From NCBI GenBank assembly GCA_002269645.1, contig NIVC01001128.1, positions 329,554 through 393,553 of the forward strand: DNA of 64,000 bases. Direction: 5' to 3'. Under the pieces are notes generated by a model that saw nothing but the letters and a program-made list of their open reading frames with translations, was not told the DNA's origin and made no database searches. Source of the DNA: Macrostomum lignano (taxonomy: Eukaryota). A program made the translations under genes and the position numbers. Positions 38,201 through 60,284 of the stretch are shown here, one piece after another (within the stretch, counting starts at the first letter, position 1; every line of letters starts with the position of its first letter).

Positions 38201-40380
38201 GGGTGAGGACGGGACCGCCCGAGCGAGCGGCGCCTTCCACAGCGTCGCTGCCGATGTCCAAGATGGTCTTGTAGAGAAGGTTCACGGCCAACTGTCGACG
38301 ATGCTCCGGCGAGGAGGCGGTGGCTTCCTCGACCGGCACCACCTCCGACTCGAGCACCTTCAGCGCGGCTGAAAGTTTTTGCGTATGGGTTAAGCAATTG
38401 TGATTCTCATGTCTGATAATATTTTAACAACAAAACCTTTCGTTTAAAACTTACATTCGACAACCTCTTCATCCAGAAGGCTCTTGTTCAACAGAAAGTT
38501 TTCTGTCTTCGTGGCTCGATTCTACAACAGGTAAGGTTACATGTCAACTACTTTGTTGCTTCTGTTTCTGTTCTATAAGTTTAGAATCAGCTGCAGTGCT
38601 TACAAATTTGTCAGAAATTCCACCAATAACAATGGTTAGACGCTCAAGCACAGTGTAGTCCTTTTTCTTGTCAACAGCAAGCTCAAAGGCTCCGTTGACG
38701 TAGGCATGGGCGTTCTGCAAGAGAAACATGTGGGTATTTCAATGTAGCAAAGTATTATTGGTTATACATAGTGTTGTGTCAGAAATACATGATTGACTTT
38801 TAGCTCACGAGCTGACGCGGCGTGATCTTGAACGACCTGTAGAAGTGCTGGTCCGTCGAGATCGCCGGCAGCTTGGCCGACACGATCACCTTCCCGCGCA
38901 TGTCCAGCCTCAGAAAGTCGGTCAGCACGTGATCCTGAGTACCCTGCTCATCCACCACCTTGATCACGGTCTTGGCCGCCTCCAGTGTGATGAACACGTC
39001 CGACGGAAAGTCCTGGTGTCGGTGCTTCATCATGAGGTTTCCGGCCCACGACGCGTTCGCGCGAACGGCCTGATTGGCTACCTGCTGGTAGTGGTCGCTG
39101 ATTCTGTCGAGGTGAGCCAGACCGGGCACCTTCTCGGCGGCCTCCTTGAATATTTCAATAAGCTCGCGAAGAGTGACAGTAGAACCGATCTCCAGACCCG
39201 ATTTGCTCAGCTGAAATCAACGCGAAGTTTACTTAGCTTGGACTACGAGCGTACAATCCATCTGATAAATTTTTGCTGTAACATCTACCACTCACCCTGA
39301 TGTTGTGCAGCTCTGGAACGTTGCGAACGTTGATGTAGCAGTTGACGAGCACGTCTTCCTTGAACACTCCGGCAGAAGTGTTTCCGCACACGAGCTGGTA
39401 CTCATCGTCCTTGTACCGCTTAAGCAGCTTGAGCAGTTGGTCTAAGCTTCCAGGATTGTAGAAGCGCTGTCCCTTCCAGCCGCGAGCGATCGGAATCACA
39501 CCGGATGTAGGTGGCTTCGCGATGCCTTCAGCGCACAGGCTCTTGTTCATTTCCTGAGCAATGGAGTTGATGTTGTGTTTTGAAGGGGATGTTGAAAGGG
39601 ACTAATGATTGTGCGCCCGACAACATGCATGTAGACTCACCTCGATGTCGACGCAAGCGCCGTTGTTCGAGTCGCACGCAAACGACTTCATGCCGTCGAG
39701 AATGGACCGATAGCCTGTGCAGCGACAAATGTTTCCATCAAAGAAGTGCTCGACCTGCTGCATCGTCGGCTTCGGGTTCTCCTGCAGCTGGCTGTACATG
39801 CTCATGACGAATCCGGGAGAGCAGAAGCCGCACTGGGTTCCATAGTGCTCGGCGAGTCTCTCTTGGATCGGGTGGTACGGCTTGCCGCTGCCTCCGATGC
39901 CCTCGATGGTGGTGACGTGCCAGCCCACTGCCGAGTACACCGGACACAAGCACTGCAACCGATCACACGAGTCGCGCGTCATGACCTCGGAGCTGACGTA
40001 TTGAATTGCATCCTTATAAGTAGGTCGTAATCACGAAGCAAATGGAGACTCACCGAGTTGACAGGCACTGACACGACCTCTTCTGTAGCCGGGTGCTTGT
40101 AGGTGGCCGTGACAACGCAGCATCCGCATCCGCCTTCCCTGCACAGCACTTTCGTGCCCTTCAGATTGAGCACATCGCGAAGGAAATCGTTGAGACTGGT
40201 CTCAGGGTTGCAGTCCTTGGGAACTAAATCGCAGATAGTTTCGGATCAACGTATCTTATCAATTTTCAGCATTAAAAAGCTTTGTGAGAAAATCGTTAAG
40301 TTGAACTTACTCTCCAAAGGATTGCCATTCACGTAGATAACCGGATCACCGCTGGACATATTGATGCCACCAGAATACAT
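35300..40380 (-). CDS. AOX: Aldehyde-oxidase-like / xanthine-oxidoreductase-family molybdo-flavoenzyme, 14 exons, apparently intact
   Basis: Exons 40380-40312, 40223-40054, 39952-39641, 39553-39296, 39210-38809, 38714-38604, 38521-38455, 38368-37986, 37893-37802, 37708-37243, 37152-36712, 36611-36498, 36405-35975, 35849-35300. Motifs: 2Fe-2S GTKVLCREGGCGCC and QCGFCSPG..GNICRCTGY; FAD ASWAGNL..FPSD; Moco RLGGGFGGK, GHEMGQGL, DIGQIEGAYVFGMG, KAIGEPP. Confidence 0.93.
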
Positions 40381-40694
40381 CGCGACTTGCACTCGCTGGT
40401 TTTAAGTCCTAACAGTATCGGATCAAACCTTGGCACACAGGTTAAAGTCTCTTGCCAACGGTTTGCGTTGAGTATTTATTCAGACCCCTCTCTGCCAGAG
40501 AATTGGAACGAAAAACCCTTCAAAATAGGTCTGGCTTCAACTCGGCCCAGGGTTCAATGGTTGCTATACAAACTCTTCACCCACAGTACAGAGTCTCTTC
40601 TATAGCTTAGAAACTGTGCGCAGTCAGTTGTTTGTTGTGTCAAATTTGTTGCAGATTGCTTGTCAAACTGCGCGTGTGAGAAGCCTCTCAGTAG

Positions 40695-40712
40695 CTTTAA
40701 GAGCAGATAGTT

Positions 40713-40752
<40 letters not shown>

Positions 40753-40790
40753 AAAAAAAGAGATAAAAAGGAGAGAAGAGAGGAGATTAG
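40695..40790. repeat. (AG)n microsatellite upstream of the AOX-like gene
   Basis: Visible purine tract. Confidence 0.9.
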
Positions 40791-41924
40791 ATATAGCTAT
40801 GCTAGACAATATAGAGACGCCATATGCAATGGCACCACAGGCAGTCAGGCAGTGTTTCACGCGTGGCTCAAAGCATATTGCAACAGAATTGTGTCTAAAC
40901 TCCACTATTCAATAATAGCTACTCATTAAAAACATTGGAGTGTCGTTTAAGTACAATTTTAGCTTGCTTATTTGCCACAATAAGCAACGTTCAACGTACA
41001 AAAACTCGTGATGCACTGTCAAATATTCTGCAAGAAATGACCTTCCTTGACAGAAAAAATGCATTTTAGATAGATCGATGTGCTCAGTCTACGTTCATTG
41101 CTTTATAGTTAATTTTACATTGCATCAAATCGTCGTAAGTTGGGTTACAGGTCGACGGACGAGCATGCCCACTATGGTTTACACGTAAATTTTATCGCGG
41201 TACCAGAATGAACCTTTTTTTCAACTAAAAAGTACGGTAAAACTAAAAACGTTGCTAATTCGTTGATTTCATTCAAGCACAACCATGAGATAAAGTCGCT
41301 TTAAAAATATTATCAGAGTCAACATGTACCCCTTTTGCTGTGCGTACAATCTTTTAAAGCGATCTTAAGTGACCAATTTGAGTCAGCATTCAATTAAAGC
41401 AGTGGCATGATATTAGTCTGATCTTTGCTTAATAAATCTTTAAAGAACCTCCTACCTATAAAGATGTTTTGTCAAAAAAGAATGATTTTTTTGTAATTTT
41501 TGCAACTGAAACGCTTTCTATGCTACTTACATTTTCGCAAAAAAAGATTTCCTATAAAATTATTTCTTTATTAGTTTCGTCAATGCTGCAGCCTGTCAAA
41601 TGCAACAAATTGCAGCCTTTTTGCACTTTTACGTACCCTTCCAGCCACAGAACTTACAACTAGAGCCACACCCACAGTTCTGTGCTTCCAGCCATCAAAA
41701 TGGAAATTCAATGCGTTTGTAGTAATCGATACATATCGGCACCAATAATAGTCTCCTTATTAGCTTCTTTTGCTTAGTACATTTTTTTAATTTTGAAATG
41801 GTGTAGAATAAACTATTTTCAATTTTTAATGCTTAACTATTTAATCTTTCTGACTTTCTTTTAATCTTCTGACAAAGGTGAAATCCACTGCGATGCCATG
41901 CAAAAATTGTAAGTAAAAAAGTTT

Positions 41925-41996
41925 GGGCTCAGCCGGGATTTGAACCCGGGACCACTCGCACCCCAAGCGAGTATCATACCCCTAGACCACTGAGCC
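41925..41996 (-). tRNA. tRNA-Pro: tRNA-Pro, anticodon GGG
   Basis: 72 nt: GGCTCAG TGGTCTAGGGGTATGAT A CTCGC TT-GGG-GT GCGAG T GGTC CCGGGTTCAAATCCCGG CTGAGCC C. Acceptor, anticodon and T stems are fully paired; A and B boxes are intact; a T6 terminator follows immediately (41920-41915). Confidence 0.93.
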
Positions 41997-42799
41997 GCTA
42001 TCCAATCGATACCAAATCATGACATGATAACGGTCCACGCAATGGTCCTTTGCGTATTAGTCGTAGAATATAACTACTTCAAAAATTTGAGTTAACAAGG
42101 CGCCTTGTTTTTTCGAAAGATAAAGAAGTTAGAAACGGGCCAAAAAAGCATATACAATTAGTAGTACATGGTTGGTATATTAATATAAGGGTAAAATAAT
42201 ATTTGGACGGATAGGATGCTTTTAAAAGCGAAAGATTATTACTATTAGCTGTCAATATTTTTATATAAGTTTTTTTGTATATGGAAATATAGGCGTCCGT
42301 GCAATATATAGTTCCCGATAGATGCAAAAAATATAAGGTTTGAATTTTAAAATGTTTGTTTTAGTGCCATTTCTGTGATTAAATTACGTAGCAAGATAAA
42401 AGACTTCTAAGCTAAGCCGTAATATAACAAAGAAGATAAGCAATTAAATTCGTGTTTAAAAGACTCAAAATCATCAAAAACCGCAAAGTAAGCCAAAAAA
42501 TATTAATCAGTTTTTGTTGCAATGGGGGAACTAACCGGAACTAATTGTGAAGGTTAGTTATGCTTATTGAAAAAAAGAACATGGACATTGCTGTGGTTCA
42601 TTAACATACTGCATATATCAATAGCGTTGATTAAACTAAAGTTAGCATTTAAAGTAATATAGAATTTTACCATTCAACAGATGATAAAAACAATGGTTAT
42701 ATTTAGTTATTTTAAAGAGAAAATTATTTAAAATTAATTAAAAATCAAGTTTATCTTTTGAAGGGCACCGCAACTGCGCCCCCCCCCCCCGAGTTTTTT

Positions 42800-43400
42800 T
42801 TATGGGCACCGCTAATGCCCGCCTGTTCCTTATATGGGCACCGCTGCTCCCCCCAGTTCCTTCGATGAGCACCGCTACTCCCCCAGTTCCTTGATGGGCA
42901 CCACTACTCCCCCCAGTTCGATCCTTTGATGGGCACCAATACTCCCCCCAGTTCCTTTGATGGATACCGCTACTCCCCCCAGTTTCTTTTAATGGGCACC
43001 GCTACTCCCCCAGTTCCTTCGATGGATACCGCTACTCCCCCAGTTCCTTTGATGGATACCGCTACTCCCCCCAGTTTCTTTTAATGGGCACCGCTACTCC
43101 CCCAGTTCCTTCGATGGATACCGCTACTCCCCCAGTTCCTTTGATGGGCACCGCTACTCCCCCCAGTTCGATCCTTTGATGGGCACCGCTACTCCCCCCA
43201 GTTCCTTCGATGGATACCGCTACTCCCCCAGTTCCTTTGATGGACACCGCTACTCCCCCCAGTTTCTTTTAATGGGCACCGCTACTCCCCCAGTTCCTTG
43301 ATGGGCACCGCTACTCCCCCCAGTTCCTTCGATGAGCACCGCTACTCCCCCAGTTCCTTTGATGGGCACCGCTACTCCCCCCAGTTCACTTGATGGGCAC
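42800..43400. repeat. ~29-30-bp minisatellite (gggcaccgctactcccccagttcctttgat)
   Basis: Visible tandem array downstream of the EML stop codon. Confidence 0.92.
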
Positions 43401-43504
43401 CGCTATCCCCCCTCCCAGTGCGATTCTTTGATAAAAACTTCAAATTCATATCTTGTCTCAAAAAGTCTGCTTATAGTCTGCTCAAGTCTACAGCAATCTG
43501 TAGC

Positions 43505-51701
<8,197 letters not shown>

Positions 51702-51884
51702 TTTCAGTAGTTTTTCTATATGTTTTGTTACGGATAATCTATTTTTTCAAACAGAGAAAATATTGCACAAATAGTTAGCCGCTAGTCAATGCTAATGAAC
51801 AGGACTTCTTTGCTAGCTTGTCTGCGCTTCCCTGCGTCTCCTTTTGACCGATCCCTAGCTGGGCTCAGGTGTGTGCATATTATG

Positions 51885-51898
51885 GTTACCATGGAAAC
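51885..51898. promoter_or_regulatory. RFX-binding X-box
   Basis: GTTACCATGGAAAC (reverse complement GTTTCCATGGTAAC) fits the X-box consensus and lies ~185 bp upstream of the EML start codon. Confidence 0.65.
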
Positions 51899-52239
51899 TT
51901 ATGGGCGGAGAGATCGAGAGAGAGACACACACAGAGGAAGGGAGTGAGGGGTAATTTTCGAGACAGGAAAGGAAGTAGAGAAGTGTGTGATCCCGGGATT
52001 CGTTCGTCCATTCCCATTGCTCTGCCCTGTGAGGATTAGAGAGAGAGGGCTTGGTAGATAAGGGTCTGGTCAGGTGCGCGGGACAGGGATTGGATTGTGT
52101 ACTCAGGATTGGGTCATTAGTAGGACAGAAATATTCTGATTTGAGCGCAGGAACTTTTACCCCCTATAGTGCTCACTGCCTGCTTGCTCCTGTTCACAAC
52201 GGCCCATCCTGCCCCCTTTTCTGCATCTAGAGTGCTAGA

Positions 52240-53180
52240 AATAGAGTATCTAGAGTACTAGATGTAAAGTATATAGAGTACTAGAAATAGAGTATCTAGA
52301 GTGCTAAATGTAAAGTATCTAGAGTGCTAGATGTAAAGTATCTAGAGTGCTAGATGTAAAGTATCTAGAGTGCTAAATGTAAAGTATCTAGAGTGCTAGA
52401 TGTAAAGTATCTAGAGTGCTAGATGTAAAGTATCTAGAGTGCTAGATGTAAAGTATCTAGAGTGCTAAATGTAAAGTATCTAGAGTGCTAGATGTAAAGT
52501 ATCTAGAGTGCTAGATGTAAAGTATCTAGAGTGCTAAATGTAAAGTATCTAGAGTGCTAGATGTAAAGTATCTAGAGTGCTAAATGTAAAGTATCTAGAG
52601 TGCTAAATGTAAAGTATCTAGAGTGCTAGATGTAAAGTATCTAGAGTGCTAGATGTAAAGTATCTAGAGTGCTAAATGTAAAGTATCTAGAGTGCTAGAT
52701 GTAAAGTATCTAGAGTGCTAGATGTAAAGTATCTAGAGTGCTAGATGTAAAGTATCTAGAGTGCTAAATGTAAAGTATCTAGAGTGCTAGATGTAAAGTA
52801 TCTAGAGTGCTAGATGTAAAGTATCTAGAGTGTTAAATGTAAAGTATCTAGAGTGCTAGATGTAAAGTATCTAGAGTGCTAAATGTAAAGTATCTAGAGT
52901 GCTAGATGTAAAGTATCTAGAGTGCTAAATGTAAAGTATCTAGAGTGCTAAATGTAAAGTATCTAGAGTGCTAGATGTAAAGTATCTAGAGTGCTAAATG
53001 TAAAGTATCTAGAGTGCTAGATGTAAAGTATCTAGAGTGCTAGATGTAAAGTATCTAGAGTGCTAGATGTAAAGTATCTAGAGTGCTAAATGTAAAGTAT
53101 CTAGAGTGCTAGATGTAAAGTATCTAGAGTGCTAGATGTAAAGTATCTAGAGTGCTAGATATAGAGCATTCAGAGTGCTA
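52240..53180. repeat. 23-bp minisatellite (tatctagagtgctagatgtaaag)
   Basis: Visible homogeneous array with two variants (gatgt/aatgt). Confidence 0.95.
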
Positions 53181-53589
53181 GATGATCTAGAAAAACGGTA
53201 AGAACTAGAATCAGATAATTCCCACTGACAAACTACTAAATCAAGAGTTTTATAGAATAAACTGTGGTACAAACTGTGGATAGTTGTTGCCATGCCGTTG
53301 CCAAGCGTTAATAATTGAGTGGCCGTCAATTATAGAAGCCCAGTTACGGGCGTATGAACGGTACAATGCGAATTGGCTGGGTGACAAGTGGGCAACCGTG
53401 CATAACATCTGATAATTAAGGAGGCAATACTTGAGGGGTAATTTAATTTACTCTCAAGTACAAGTACGAGAATCTATGAGCGTAGATACATAATTTTTAC
53501 GCTTATAGTAAAGAAAGTACTGAGCCAAATTCTGAAAATGGAGGGTTGCAGAGAAAGGGAGTGTCGGAGTTTGGGAAGGTGTAGAGACG

Positions 53590-54125
53590 GGGTGGCGGAG
53601 AGAGGGTGTGGCGGAGAGAGGGGGTGGTGGAGAGAGGGGGTGGCGGAGAGAGGGTGTGGCGGAGAGAGGGGGTGACGGAGAGAGGGGGTACCGGAGAGAG
53701 GGGGGGTGGCGGACAGAAGGGATGGTGGAGAGAGGGTGTGGCGGAGAGAGGGGGTGGCGGAGAGAGGGGGTGGCGGAGAGAGGGTGTGGCGGAGAGAGAG
53801 GATGGCGGAGAGAGGGGTGGCAGAGAGAGGGGGTACCGGAGAGAGGGGGGTGGCGGACAGAAGGGATGGCGGAGAGAGGGGTGGCGGAGAGAGGGTGTGG
53901 CGGAGTGAGGGTTGGCGGAGAGAGGGGTGGCGGAGAGAGAGGGTGGCGGAGAGAGGGGTGGCGGAGAGAGGGGGTGGCGGAGAGAGGGTTGGCGGAGAGA
54001 GGGGGTGGCGGAGAGAGGGGTGGCGGAGTGAGGGGGTGGCGGAGAGAGAGGGTGGCGGAGTGAGGGGGTGGCGGAGAGAGGGGTGGCGGAGAGAGGGGGT
54101 GGCGGAGAGAGGGTGGCAGAGAGAG
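53590..54125. repeat. G-rich ~15-16-bp minisatellite (ggcggagagagggggt)
   Basis: Visible array. Confidence 0.93.
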
Positions 54126-54699
54126 GAGAGAAGAGGAGAGGAATATTGATAAAGAAGAGCATCACGGAGAGAGCAGATGGAGCTGCTGGCCGTAGTGAAA
54201 CCAAAGTGCGCAATAAGACACAAGCGAGAGAAAACAGAAAAAGTTAGCACAAAAATGGTAATCTTCAAATTTAGTTTGCAACAAAAGAAATTGACACTTT
54301 TGCCTGCATAAAACTGCATTAGTGAATCCTATCTGGAAAATTTCTGAATTAATTAGCCTGCCTCCAAGTCTTTAATTGTGTTGCCTTTCGCAAAATTCTC
54401 ATTAGCAAGTCAATCAACTTTTTAGACAGCGAACATGAGCCCTCAGGTGACAGGTAACTCAGTGTAGTCAATAACAGTCTGCAGCTTGTAGCAGGATCAA
54501 GCTTGTGCCATGGAGTTTCAGAATTCTAACAATCTGGGAATGAAAACTGACAGACTAAATCTTTTTAGTATTATCTAGTTTCTGCAGTAGTAGTACATGT
54601 AATAATAATAGCAATAAGATTAATAAGTAGAATATACATGTAATTAATAATAATAATATTAGTAGCAGTAGCAGTAGCAGCAGCAGCAGTAGTAGTAGT

Positions 54700-55149
54700 G
54701 GGTCCGCACTAACGGCTACTCTCTGAACGAGTCGCCAGACAGCGCGGAGTGGGTTGGCCAACACCAACCCATGGCATGCGACCCCCTTCACGCGGGGCCC
54801 CCGAACGCCTCCAACCACCACCCCACGGAGGCGACGAAGTGTCGCAACCAACAGGGATGCTACGCCGATTACCACCAGGCCGAAAAACCTTGTGCCGATC
54901 AACCGGACACCTTTTCATTTAGATGGGCCTCACCGAGACAGCCAACTGCCCTGATTGCGGCGAATTCGACACAGTCAGGCACATCCTGCTCGCCTGCCCT
55001 CGCGGGGACCGCTACCGCGCCCTGCACGGCATCCGCGCGGCCGAGAACTTGTTGGAGTCCCCGACCGCCCTTTTCGGCCTCCTGCGTAGCATGGGGCGCA
55101 TGTCCCCGTCCATTTCGGCTAACCCCGACCCGGACGAGCCCTGAAGAAG

Positions 55150-55178
<29 letters not shown>
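54700..55178 (+). mobile_element. 5'-truncated non-LTR retrotransposon (LINE) 3' end with (GAA)n tail
   Basis: Decayed ORF ..MLRRL..GHLFI*MGLTETANCPDCGEFDTVRHILLACP.. is the C-terminal CCHC motif of LINE ORF2. Its stop (55142-44) runs directly into ~12 GAA units. Confidence 0.8.
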
Positions 55179-56330
<1,152 letters not shown>

Positions 56331-56486
56331 CGGTAGAGACAGACCATTCCAATGAGAGGCGATGAAGTACTGTAGGAAGGCCACCTTAACAGTTAGTCAG
56401 TCCAGACAAGAAGTCTAAAGCTCCATGATTGCACTATAAATACATGTAGGTCCTCTCTCTCGCACTGAGAACTGTGGCTTCCAGAA

Positions 56487-59400
56487 ATGTCACAGCAGCA
56501 AAAATCGACCCTTGACCCGCTAGCCGTCGCTTCCGACAAGCAAACTCGTCGAAAAGAAAAAGACGAAGTTAAAAAGAAGAGAGCAGCCCTGGTCTTTGTT
56601 GAACGCAGATTAGAAGCCCGCGCCGAGCTCAAACTAAAAATCATTCTGATAGGCAGTAGCGGAGTTGGCAAGAGCAGTTTGTTGAGCAAATTTCTTGAAG
56701 AAACTGCCGACATTGGACAGATGCAGCTGACGATTCTTTGCGACTTCTTTCACTGCATGCTCAGGCTGGGAGGCAGAACCGTGCAGCTCAGGATGTGGGA
56801 CACTGGCGGAATGGTGAGCCTTGCTCAACTGTGTCTGGCATGCTCAGCTGTGTCTGGCATGCTCAACTGTGTCTGGCATGCTCAGCTGTGTCTGGCATGC
56901 TCAGCTGTGTCTGGCATGCTCAGCTGTGTCTGGCATGCTCAGCTGTGTCTGGCATGCTCAACTGTGTCTGGCATGCTCAACTGTGTCTGGCATGCTCAGC
57001 TGTGTCTGGCATGCTCAACTGTGTCTGGCATGCTCAACTGTGTCTGGCATGCTCAACTGTGTCTGGCATGCTCAACTGTGTCTGGCATGCTCAACTGTGT
57101 CTGGCATGCTCAACTGTGTCTGGCATGCTCAACTGTGTCTGGCATGCTCAACTGTGTCTGGCATGCTCAACTGTGTCTGGCATGCTCAACTGTGTCTGGC
57201 ATGCTCAACACTGACTGACATGCTCAACTGTACCTGGCATGCTCAACTGTGTCTGGCATGCTCAACTGTGTCTGGCATGCTCAACTGTGTCTGGCATGCT
57301 CAACTGTGTCTGGCATGCTCAACTGTGTCTGGCATGCTCAACACTGACTGACATGCTCAACTGTACCTGGCATGCTCAACTGTGTCTGGCATGCTCAACT
57401 GTGTCTGGCATGCTCAACTGTGTCTGGCATGCTCAACTGTGTCTGGCATGCTCAACTGTGTCTGGCATGCTCAACTGTGTCTGGCATGCTCAACTGTGTC
57501 TGGCATGCTCAACTGTGTCTGGCATGCTCAACTGTGTCTGGCATGCTCAACTGTGTCTGGCATGCTCAACTGTGTCTGGCATGCTCAACTGTGTCTGGCA
57601 TGCTCAACTGTGTCTGGCATGCTCAACTGTGTCTGGCATGCTCAACTGTGTCTGGCATGCTCAACTGTGTCTGGCATGCTCAACTGTGTCTGGCATGCTC
57701 AACTGTGTCTGGCATGCTCAACTGTGTCTGGCATGCTCAACACTGACTGACATGCTCAACTGTACCTGAAATGCTCATTTATGTTGGACATGCTAGAGCA
57801 GCTAGACTATCTAAAACGTTAGTTATATCATTCATTTATAAAAATTTCTGACTCGTCATCAACAATCTGACACATCAATCAACCATCTGACACGTCAATC
57901 AACCATCTGACACGTCAATCAACCATCTGACACATCAATAAACCATCTGGCACATCAATCAACCATCTGACACATCAATCAACCATCTGTCACATCAATA
58001 AACCATCTGGCACATCAATCAACCATCTGACACATCAACCAACCATCTGGCACATCAATCAACCATCTGACACATCAATCAACCATCTGACACATCAATA
58101 AACCATCTGGCACATCAATCAACCATCTGACACATCAACCAACCATCTGGCACATCAATAAACCATCTGTCACATCAATAAACCATCTGACACAAGCAAT
58201 CAACCATCTGACACATCAATAAACCATCTGACACATCAATGAACCATCTGACACATCAATCAACCATCTGACACATCAACCAACCATCTGGCACATCAAT
58301 CAACCATCTGACACATCAATCAACCATCTGACACATCAATAAACCATCTGGCACATCAATCAACCATCTGACACATCAACCAACCATCTGGCACATCAAT
58401 AAACCATCTGTCACATCAATAAACCATCTGGCACATCAATAAACCATCTGTCACATCAATAAACCATCTGACACAAGCAATCAACCATCTGACACATCAA
58501 TAAACCATCTGACACATCAATCAACCATCTGACACATCAATCAACCATCTGACACATCAACCAACCATCTGGCACATCAATCAACCATCTGTCACATCAA
58601 TAAACCATCTGACACAAGCAATCAACCATCTGACACATCAACCAACCATCTGACACATCAATCAACCATCTGACACATCAACCAACCATCTGACACATCA
58701 AACCAACCATCTGACACATCAACCAACCATCTGACACATCAATCAACCATCTGACACATCAAACCAACCATCTGACACATCAAACCAACCATCTGACACA
58801 TCAACCAACCATCTGACACATCAACCAACCATCTGACACATCAGTCAACCATCTGACACATCAGTCAACCATCTGACACATCAGTCAACCATCTGACACA
58901 TCAATCAACCATCTGACACATCAGTCAACCATCTGACACAAGCAATCAATCATCTGATACTTCAATCAAGGCTAATCAATACTCCAGGAGCGTTTCGAAG
59001 CAATGAACTTGGCATCGAACTTCTACCGGAACGCTCACGGCGTCATGCTCGTGTTCTCAGTCACCGATCTCGCTTCGTTCGAATCGCTGCCTCGCTGGTT
59101 GGACCGCGCCAGAGCCAGCATCGGCGGCAGTGGCGCAACCGGCGAAGGTGGCGAGTTCGAATGCTGCCTGGTTGGCAACAAGGCAGATGAAGAGTACAGG
59201 AGGCTGGTGTCTCACAGAGAGGCTCAACGCTATGCCAATCAGCTCGGCGTGCCCTACATTGAGACCTCGGCTCTGAACGTGGTCAACGTGCAGAAAGCGT
59301 TCGTTGACCTGACACTGGCCATCATGAGAAGCAGACTGCCGCTTCAAGAAGACCGCTCCCAGACTGCTGCGGTCAAACTCAGACAGCAGAAAGCGCAGCA

Positions 59401-59491
59401 GCGGCTGCAGTCATCGGCTGAAGCTTTTACTGATGAAGCTGAAAGCATTGGTTACAGACGGAGACGGAAGCTGGCCTGCGTGTGCCTCTAA
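56487..59491 (+). CDS. Divergent Rab-family small GTPase, 2 exons
   Basis: Exon 1 56487-56813 (KIILIGSSGVGKS, TILCDF, WDTGGM|gtgagc). Exon 2 58988-59491 (ctccag|ERF..FYRNAHGVMLVFSVT, LVGNKAD, YIETSAL, C-terminal RRRRKLACVCL*). TATA-like tataaata near 56434. Confidence 0.92.
56822..57770. repeat. 19-bp intronic minisatellite (ctcaactgtgtctggcatg)
   Basis: Starts 8 nt after the Rab donor. A variant block (cactgactgacatgctcaactgtacc) recurs three times. Confidence 0.96.
57865..58960. repeat. 20-bp intronic minisatellite (aaccatctgacacatcaatc)
   Basis: Visible array ending ~25 nt before the Rab acceptor. Confidence 0.96.
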
Positions 59492-59507
59492 GATCTGAAG
59501 GGACGAT

Positions 59508-59905
<398 letters not shown>

Positions 59906-60284
59906 AGCGGTCCATCCATCGTAAAAAGATTGTCCACATGTCTTACTAATAGTAGCATAGTGGCAGAGACATTTCAGAGAGCTCAGAAAGCACTAAATAC
60001 TGGTAGTATATAGTAAAAAGGTCCAACTCTGTACAATACAAGAACACCCAGCCCCGCTTAGAAGTAAATCATTCAAATAAATCACATGAGCAGCACAGCT
60101 CAATTCAAGAAGCCCCCCTTATTCTTCTGTAAAAACTCCCGTCATGAAATAAGGCCATAGCCAGCCAATCGAAGCAGGGCAAGTCCTGAAGCCGTTCATA
60201 TAAAAATTGTCTTTCACTCGGACCCTGGATTAGTCTAAAGAAGAAGCCAAGCAGACAGACACTTACTGGCGGCTAAAAGCAACA

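Noticed and set aside
35300-40380. Calling the gene xanthine dehydrogenase
   Set aside because: Residues equivalent to E802 and R880 are absent, so AOX-like is better supported.
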